This document shows, piece by piece, positions 26,535-32,839 of a stretch of DNA of 32,839 bases. The notes below the pieces were generated by a model. It did not search any database. It saw only the letters and a program-made list of their open reading frames with translations, and was not told where the DNA came from. The stretch is taken from assembly GCA_016209345.1 (NCBI GenBank), contig JACQWH010000026.1:1-32839 (forward strand), given 5' to 3'. The position numbers and the translations under genes were made by a program. Source of the stretch: Candidatus Uhrbacteria bacterium. Lineage in GTDB: Bacteria; Patescibacteriota; Patescibacteriia; JACQRZ01. Within the stretch, counting starts at the first letter, position 1, and the number at the start of each line of letters is the position of its first letter.

Positions 26535-27380
26535 ATGAAAACGCCGCTGCATATATTTTTAGACACCGTACATGCGCTTGGAAAGCGCCCCTTTCATTTT
26601 TTTGATAAAAAAATACAGCAAACGATTTTGTCCGAAACACGGCAAGCGTGCGTAAGGTTGAAAAACACCCTTGTAAAACAAAATCTTAAAGACACCCATG
26701 CATATCGAGTGCTTGAAATGATAGAGTCAAGCATACTGCCAAAAGAAATAAATGAGGTTATGTTTATTCAAGCGCTCGGGAATCTCATTGAGGTCTATCA
26801 GCATGGCACCCTCGATGCAAAGACAAAAAAACTTGTTCAGGAACTCCAGAGCGCAGTGCAGAGCGCGAAGAAAGGCGTTCTTGAGTACCACCTCATCATT
26901 GAATCCGTACACAAAAAAGGAGCAACGATGAGCGAGGAACAGAAGAGGAGCGCCGATCTCAACCATCTTCAGAATGTCGGCGTGTTTTATGTCCTTGAGT
27001 ATACCCTGCAGGTCCTGTACGAGTTTTCCCATCTTTCGGATGCAGACAAGAAAAAACTTCTTCAAGAGGGACTGCAAACAAAGGCGGGAAGTTTGCCGGC
27101 ATACCTTCCACTCGAAGATACGTTTCGCAAGGATTTATGCCTAAAATTACACGATTCCACGCTTCGTGAGCGGTTGCTTTGGGCATTTTACAATTTTGAA
27201 GAAGTGTTGTATGCTGGGAACATAAAAAAGATCGGCTCTGCCTTGAAACACTTTAACAGTGAGCTTTTGCATGCTTATGAGGAAAAGGGACTTACAACGT
27301 TTAAAGCATTGCTGTATAAGCCGTTTGGGAGTAATGTGTTATTAAAAGATGTTATTTATTTGGTAGAAAAGATACCGTAA
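26535..27380 (+). CDS. Hypothetical alpha-helical protein
   Basis: 281-aa ORF starting 1 nt after the GH stop; no motif recognised. Confidence 0.7.
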   Translation: MKTPLHIFLDTVHALGKRPFHFFDKKIQQTILSETRQACVRLKNTLVKQNLKDTHAYRVLEMIESSILPKEINEVMFIQALGNLIEVYQHGTLDAKTKKLVQELQSAVQSAKKGVLEYHLIIESVHKKGATMSEEQKRSADLNHLQNVGVFYVLEYTLQVLYEFSHLSDADKKKLLQEGLQTKAGSLPAYLPLEDTFRKDLCLKLHDSTLRERLLWAFYNFEEVLYAGNIKKIGSALKHFNSELLHAYEEKGLTTFKALLYKPFGSNVLLKDVIYLVEKIP

Positions 27381-27407
27381 CTATATTATTTGTAACCATT
27401 TATCACT

Positions 27408-28073
27408 ATGGCACACGATCGTCCAGATGATTTAGAGGAAGGATCTGAACAGTCCGCACAGCAACAAAATGAACCGGGGGTAGCCGGTATCCCTTCGGAT
27501 GAACAACGAGCCGCGCATGCGCTCGCGCAGGCCGAAACCGGAGGAGATCGGCATGAGCGCGCAGCGCTTGAAGTATTACAGAATAGCCCCCTTCTTATAA
27601 TTGAGGATGATAAGGAGAATATTGAGAGTATCCAAGTGGAACTCAATAGGGTAAATAAAACCGACGCCGTTTTTGCAGATTCAGTGCCTGGAGTGGGGAC
27701 AAGAATTGCGGAGATGTTGAAGAATAAAGAAGGAGGAGAGCGCCTATTGGTGATTTCAGATTTACAGATTTTTAACCAAGATGGTGATGATATTGCAGAT
27801 GAACGTGCGGGGATTCGCGCGATAGCGAATGTTCAGAAAGAGGTTGAAAAATGGAATACTGCACATCCGGGCGTAGAACCAATCCGCCTCGAAATTATCG
27901 TGAATTCAAGTATGCTTAATAGTCAGCAAGACCTCGACGATTTCATAAAGGAAAATTCAGATAGATTTAAGCTACCCGAAACAATCGTTGCAGGTAATCA
28001 TGGACGTAAGGCGGAGGCCGTAGATACTTTTCTTTCCTATTTGAAAGCGCAGGAAGAACAAAAAGAACAGTAA
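27408..28073 (+). CDS. Receiver-domain-like protein with acidic disordered N-terminus
   Basis: LLIIEDD, LLVISDLQI, IIVNSS and GRK match CheY-like beta1/beta3/beta4/beta5 positions. Confidence 0.6.
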   Translation: MAHDRPDDLEEGSEQSAQQQNEPGVAGIPSDEQRAAHALAQAETGGDRHERAALEVLQNSPLLIIEDDKENIESIQVELNRVNKTDAVFADSVPGVGTRIAEMLKNKEGGERLLVISDLQIFNQDGDDIADERAGIRAIANVQKEVEKWNTAHPGVEPIRLEIIVNSSMLNSQQDLDDFIKENSDRFKLPETIVAGNHGRKAEAVDTFLSYLKAQEEQKEQ

Positions 28074-28123
28074 ATAATAGAATGGACTTCAGGCAAAGAA
28101 AAGGAACCGGGTATTTTGTGGTA

Positions 28124-28152
28124 TTGAAAAAATGAGTCGAATATGGTATACT
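28124..28152 (+). promoter_or_regulatory. sigma70 promoter giving a probably leaderless transcript
   Basis: TTGAAA, 17 nt, TATACT with TGn extension. ATG at 28159 lies 7 nt after the -10. Confidence 0.65.
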
Positions 28153-28158
28153 GTCTGT

Positions 28159-28479
28159 ATGAAGAAGATCAAAAAAATGAAAAATACAGCGCAAAAACAG
28201 CGCCTTCCGGAATCGTTCCGCCCGATGTTTTGGTCGTATCCTTTCAGAGATCTCAATAAGGATGAGGACGCCTCTCTCATCATCAAACAAATTTTATCCT
28301 ACGGCGATTTGTTCCAATGGAAATGGATGATGCGGCAGTATGGGACACGAAAAATTAAGGGAATACTTTCACGAACCCCAAAAACCGCCGTTCGACCAAG
28401 TTTGGTTGAACTTTCAAAAACAGTTTTCAATGTAACTTCAATGCCTCATGCACGACGAGTGCCTCACGGGAGAAGCTAA
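28159..28479 (+). CDS. DUF6922-like small protein (putative antitoxin partner of AbiEii)
   Basis: FWSYPFRDL.......IIKQILSYGD...W.W....YG..KI pattern; overlaps the downstream nucleotidyltransferase. Confidence 0.7.
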   Translation: MKKIKKMKNTAQKQRLPESFRPMFWSYPFRDLNKDEDASLIIKQILSYGDLFQWKWMMRQYGTRKIKGILSRTPKTAVRPSLVELSKTVFNVTSMPHARRVPHGRS

Positions 28480-29078
28480 ACGATTGTTTCCGCGTCTCGC
28501 GAACTTTCGCGGCTATCACTTAGTCGGCGGTACTGCTTTGGCGCTCCAGATCGGACATCGTGTTTCCTACGATTTTGATCTTTTTACGGAACATGCGCTC
28601 GCTCCAAACCTTCACGCAAAAGTAAAAAAAGTATTTTACGGAGAACGAGTCAAGCCGGTTTTTCGTATGACAGAACAATATGATATTTTCGTATCTGACA
28701 TCAAAACGACATTCCGTTATTACCCCTATCCGCCGGTACACCCGCTAAAAAAACATCATGGCGTTCCTGTACTCTCAATAAAAGATATTGGTGCATCAAA
28801 GACATTTGAAATCGGTCAGCGAGCGGCATATCGCGATTACGTTGACGTCTTTATTTATACTCAATGAACGGTACGCAACGCTTGACGAGCTGATACGGCT
28901 TTCGGAGAAAAAATACGGAGATGATTTTAACGGCCGGCTCTTTCTTGAGCAACTGGTGTATCTTGGTGACATCAGTGATAGAAAGGTTGAATTTCTTCGT
29001 TCACCATTGACGGAAAGGCAATTGATGTCGGGATTAAAAAAAGAAGTGAGGCGCTATATAAAAGCATTTGCTGTATGA
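28448..29078 (+). pseudogene. AbiEii/AbiGii-family nucleotidyltransferase toxin split by a +1 frameshift near 28850
   Basis: LVGGTALALQIGHRVSYDFDLF and K...I..R...RDYVD in one frame; continuation FIL.....L.ELI....KKYG..FN..LFLEQLVYLGD in the +1 frame. Confidence 0.8.
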
Positions 29079-30328
29079 TCGAGAATACAGAGGTTCCTGT
29101 TTTTTCCGTTTCTGAATTCGTCGAGTACGTTAACATCGCGCTGGGTCAGCGGCGCGTCAGTGTTGAAGGCGAGATTTCGGGATACCGCCTTAATCAGAAC
29201 AAGTGGATTTTTTTTGATTTGAAAGATGAGAACAGTATCATCGGCTGTTTTGCGGCCGCATGGAATCTTCACGCCGCGCTTGAGGACGGCATGCAGGTCG
29301 TCGTACACGGTGTTCCGCGCGTGTACGGCAAGAGCGGAAAGTTTTCGATTACCGTTGATGCCGTTGAGTTAAGGGGTGAGGGTGCTCTGCGCCGCGCCTA
29401 CGGGATCACGAAGAAAAAACTTGATCAAGAGGGACTCTTTGATCCTGCTCGGAAGCGGGGACTCCCGCGCTTTCCGGAAAAAATCGGTGTGATTGCATCA
29501 CGGGAGTCAGCCGCGTACACGGATTTTATGAGAATCGTCAATGCTCGATGGGGCGGACTTGAGATTTCTCTTTTTCACGTGCAAGTGCAAGGGCATCGAG
29601 CGATCAGGGATATTGTCAGCGCTTTTGAGTGGTTTAATACGGATGGAATACAGCAGGGTATTCAATCGCTCGCGCTCATTCGCGGCGGTGGCTCTCTTGA
29701 AGATCTCCAGGCGTTTAATTCTGAGTCAGTTGCCCGCGCGGTGTTTGGTTCAAAGATTCCGATCATCTGCGGCGTAGGCCATGAGCGCGACGAGAGTTTG
29801 GCAGATTATACGGCGGATGTGAGGGCCGCAACGCCGACCCATGCGGCCACGTTGATGGTTCCCGACAGGGAGGAGGTGGGCGGAGTGGTGAGCGATTCAC
29901 TATCGTCTTTAAGCCGGTCGCTTGAGTACGCGCTTGAATGGTACGGCGGTCGCATTCATACATCTACGCTCTCCATCCACGCATCTGTGCGTGATACCGT
30001 TGCCCCCATTGGCGCGCTGATGCATCGGTTTGACGTGGCTGGCGGGCAGGTACATGCGACGATAGCCACGCTTCGCCATACGTGCGCGCAGAATGCTCTG
30101 CGTCTCGCAGATTACCTCGCTTCACACGTATCGTCCGCTCGGCAGTCGCTGGCGTTTATGGATCGTACGCTCGGACACATGAATCCATTGACCGTCCTTG
30201 CGCGCGGGTATACAATCGTTAAAAGAAACGGCGCGCTTATCACGAGAAAAGCACATCTGAAAAAAGGAGATGAGCTTGCGCTGACATTTGCCGATGGCAG
30301 TGCGCTAACTGAAGTAAAACATCTATGA
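29075..30328 (+). CDS. xseA: Exodeoxyribonuclease VII large subunit
   Basis: VEGEIS, FDLKDE, L.QEGLFD.ARKR.LP, VQVQG, RGGGSLEDL.AFN, GVGHERD, RAATPT, P..VLARGY. Confidence 0.96.
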   Translation: MIENTEVPVFSVSEFVEYVNIALGQRRVSVEGEISGYRLNQNKWIFFDLKDENSIIGCFAAAWNLHAALEDGMQVVVHGVPRVYGKSGKFSITVDAVELRGEGALRRAYGITKKKLDQEGLFDPARKRGLPRFPEKIGVIASRESAAYTDFMRIVNARWGGLEISLFHVQVQGHRAIRDIVSAFEWFNTDGIQQGIQSLALIRGGGSLEDLQAFNSESVARAVFGSKIPIICGVGHERDESLADYTADVRAATPTHAATLMVPDREEVGGVVSDSLSSLSRSLEYALEWYGGRIHTSTLSIHASVRDTVAPIGALMHRFDVAGGQVHATIATLRHTCAQNALRLADYLASHVSSARQSLAFMDRTLGHMNPLTVLARGYTIVKRNGALITRKAHLKKGDELALTFADGSALTEVKHL

Positions 30329-30546
30329 CTTTGGCAAAAACAAAAAAAGACCAATCGTTTCAAGAAGCATTTGATGAACTTGAAAAAATCGTCAAAAAAT
30401 TTGAAGAAGGGAAACTTGATCTTGATGAGAGCATCTCACTCTACGAGCGCGGACTCGAGCTTGCCGCGGTATGCAAAAAACGTCTTGCCGCTGTCGAGAA
30501 TCGCGTGCAGGAAATCAAGAAAAAATTCGGCGACCTTGATGATTAA
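30325..30546 (+). CDS. xseB: Exodeoxyribonuclease VII small subunit
   Basis: SFQEAFDELEKIV..FE.G.LDLDESI.LYERG..L...C...L; ATGA overlap with xseA. Confidence 0.95.
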   Translation: MTLAKTKKDQSFQEAFDELEKIVKKFEEGKLDLDESISLYERGLELAAVCKKRLAAVENRVQEIKKKFGDLDD

Positions 30547-30680
30547 TGCATGATTTATTTCGTCCTTCTCGCAAATGGCAAAAAATTATTTTTTTCGAAG
30601 CGCGAGAGATATGGGGAAGTACGACCATTTGACAATCACCCTCGCACAAATAATTATGATGAGTAGAGGAATACAACTAT

Positions 30681-31673
30681 ATGCATCCGGACGGAAATGA
30701 AAAAAATATAAAAATTGAGCTCGGAACACAGGAAGCTGTTCTCAGTCATTTTTTGGCGGCTGCAACGCGCGTCGGGCTTCCAAATCCTGAAAAATATATC
30801 AAAGATACTGCCGGAATCCCCGCGCTTAACCTGCCCCCAGGAAAAGAAATTGATTGGAGCGCTGTTGCATTTTCACTTTCTGGGATTCCTCACACGCACA
30901 GCCGCAATGCGGTGGGTGAATTTTATCGCGATTTTTTTTCACCGTATCCGCATGGAGACGAGCTTGCTACGTTTATGGACCGTCTAAACATCGCGCCCTG
31001 CTTTAGGGTGTATGGACCTGTTTCGGAAGATCAAAATAGCGCACATTGGCAGATTGTAGGCGCACAGGAAGATGCCGAGGATTGTATCGCGATACTTCAG
31101 CGACAATACGATATGGAAAGAGATCTGCAGGTGAAAATTGTTTCATCACTGGATGAGATTTCAGGATGGCGTTCCACCTCGAGCTTGTGCATGCTTGAAG
31201 CGGGAGAGTTGCTCCATGATAGAATGAAACAAGTAATGGGTGAGCACGCAACAGATGCGTTGGTGGGCATAGCAATAGGGGCGGGGAAAATCCATGTCTT
31301 AGGCGAACTTGTTGCTGCCCCTGATGATGTTTTTCATGACGCTATGGCTCAGATTCGGCGTGTTGAAAAAGTGCGGCGAGCGACAAGCGGTACGGAAACG
31401 CGCGATCTTTTGACAGCGTTGCTAAAAAATGCCGCTGAGGTACACGATTGGGCTGCTGCTTCGGCATTGGGGAATAATGCAGCTTATCACGTCCTCTATC
31501 TTGCCGGGCAGGAGATATTTGCGCGGGATGGCAAGACAGAAGATCCATTTATAAAAATTATCAATCTTGCGTATGAGCGAGGAACATTTTTAATGGGAGT
31601 GTATGAAAATCCGCAAACTGATGAAGATACCCTGGTCTTTCGTATGCTGTCGGCAGGAGCTCTCCCGGAGTAA
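30681..31673 (+). CDS. Hypothetical protein
   Basis: 330-aa ORF with GAGGA ribosome-binding site upstream; no motif recognised. Confidence 0.7.
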   Translation: MHPDGNEKNIKIELGTQEAVLSHFLAAATRVGLPNPEKYIKDTAGIPALNLPPGKEIDWSAVAFSLSGIPHTHSRNAVGEFYRDFFSPYPHGDELATFMDRLNIAPCFRVYGPVSEDQNSAHWQIVGAQEDAEDCIAILQRQYDMERDLQVKIVSSLDEISGWRSTSSLCMLEAGELLHDRMKQVMGEHATDALVGIAIGAGKIHVLGELVAAPDDVFHDAMAQIRRVEKVRRATSGTETRDLLTALLKNAAEVHDWAAASALGNNAAYHVLYLAGQEIFARDGKTEDPFIKIINLAYERGTFLMGVYENPQTDEDTLVFRMLSAGALPE

Positions 31674-31690
31674 AATAGGCAGTAGTTCGT

Positions 31691-32086
31691 TTAATGCGAT
31701 CGGAGATAGTCCTCAATCACGGGCCTGATATTCGGCGCGCAGTCGGATGGGAGGTTATGAATATCGTGCCATGCCCACTGTGTTGTGTCGCCACTGGCGA
31801 CTACCTCGCCAATACGACGTGAAAGCCAATGGATAAGCACGATTATTGTGGAGTCGTCCTTTTTTATCATCATCGGTTTGAGCGGTCGGATGATTTCAAT
31901 ATCAATTCCCATTTCTTCCTTTACCTCTCGACGCGCCACTTCCTCCAGTGAACTCTCCCAGTCGGAAAAATCGCAGAGCTCCCATTTTCCTCCTGGAAAT
32001 TTCCAAAAAAAATCCACCACGTCCTTATTGAGCAGCACGGTATCATGTTCAATAATCACCGGTCCGGACGCAATGATATATTCCAT
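31691..32086 (-). CDS. Nudix hydrolase
   Basis: WKFPGGK..[short insert]..ESSLEEVARREVKEEMG Nudix box. Confidence 0.88.
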   Translation of the reverse strand: MEYIIASGPVIIEHDTVLLNKDVVDFFWKFPGGKWELCDFSDWESSLEEVARREVKEEMGIDIEIIRPLKPMMIKKDDSTIIVLIHWLSRRIGEVVASGDTTQWAWHDIHNLPSDCAPNIRPVIEDYLRSH

Positions 32087-32091
32087 ATACC

Positions 32092-32649
32092 CTAGATACC
32101 TTTCTGGAAAAAATGCAAGACGCTGCTGATTTTTTCCTCGACAGTGAGAAGCTCTGAATTCAGCGTAATATGATACCCGCTGGCGTCGCGATAGTCATAG
32201 TCCGTTCCGTATAGCTTCTTTGCCAGCGCAAGCTGTCTTTCCTCGCGCTCATTGAGCAGTGCTTTGACTTCGTCAAATGTTTTTCCCGCAATTTCCTTTT
32301 TGTCGGTGTTCATGCCGCGCCGCGCGCGAATATCAAGGGGAGCAGTGATGAAAACGCGCAAGATAGGAAGTCCCTCGCCAATGATACCGTGCCACATATC
32401 GCCGATAATGGTTCCCTGCGCCAGCATGTCGTGAGCACGCCGGTCCATTGCACGATCTTCTTCCAAAGTAATTGAGCGAATAAAATTTTCAAATGAGACC
32501 TCGCCATCGGGATATTTTTTTGTCCACTCTTCCCGCCACAGGCCGCCAACATAAAAAACCTGCCAGCCAAGCTTTTCTGCAAGTTGCCGTGACGTTGTCG
32601 TCTTACCCGACCCGGGAAGACCGGAGAAGAGAATACCGTTGAAACGCAT
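32092..32649 (-). CDS. Cytidylate kinase-like protein (archaeal-type CMP kinase family)
   Basis: P-loop SGLPGSGKTT, DRAMD, VFITAPLDIRARR, LYG.DY....Y...LNS. Confidence 0.8.
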   Translation of the reverse strand: MRFNGILFSGLPGSGKTTTSRQLAEKLGWQVFYVGGLWREEWTKKYPDGEVSFENFIRSITLEEDRAMDRRAHDMLAQGTIIGDMWHGIIGEGLPILRVFITAPLDIRARRGMNTDKKEIAGKTFDEVKALLNEREERQLALAKKLYGTDYDYRDASGYHITLNSELLTVEEKISSVLHFFQKGI

Positions 32650-32659
32650 AGAAATAATA

Positions 32660-32822
32660 AAATCGCAAATTCGAAATCTCAAAGCTTGAATCTCAAAGCA
32701 CTAAATTCAAAATTCCAAATCACAAATAAATTACAATCTCAAAATTCAAAAAATGACGCTCATCTGTTTTGTTTTAGATTTGTGATTTATTTGGAGCTTT
32801 ATGATTTTGAATTTGTAATTTG
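32660..32822. repeat. Inverted 7-nt periodic array, closely related to 25354-25489
   Basis: aaatcgc aaattcg aaatctc aaagctt gaatctc aaagcac taaattc aaaattc caaatca caaataaattacaat ... atttatttggagctttatgattttgaatttgtaatttg. Confidence 0.85.
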
Positions 32823-32839
32823 AACGATTGGTGTTTGCA

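Overview
Bacterial chromosomal window that uses the standard code (TGA acts as stop). Gene content and style suggest a Patescibacteria/CPR (Parcubacteria-like) genome, which is an inference. Housekeeping genes recognised from motifs: DUF192, a Ca2+/cation antiporter, rsmE, DUF167, an Fe-S-free mutY, a VKOR fusion, type-2 ileS, an RRM protein, tgt, xseAB, a Nudix hydrolase and an archaeal-type cytidylate kinase. The centre holds a 10.2-kb gene for a 3383-aa secreted multi-Ig surface protein. It has a ZU5-like HFS motif (possible self-cleavage), an FN3 domain and a C-terminal peptidoglycan-binding anchor, and it appears co-transcribed with a secreted 500-aa helical protein behind an unusual leader (leaderless uORF plus a terminator-like hairpin). 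Also present are a solo Cas4-like nuclease, a glycosyltransferase/glycoside-hydrolase pair and a frameshifted DUF6922-AbiEii toxin-antitoxin module joined to xseAB. The non-coding DNA is dense with small palindromic elements: MITE-like elements with TTAA or TTA flanks, a covarying long-hairpin family, two inverted ~85-bp repeats built on loop-less palindromes, and 7-nt periodic inverted arrays. REP/RPE-like palindromes also sit in frame inside mutY and probably rsmE. No rRNA, tRNA, CRISPR array or transposase was seen. All family calls come from reading motifs by eye, not from database searches.
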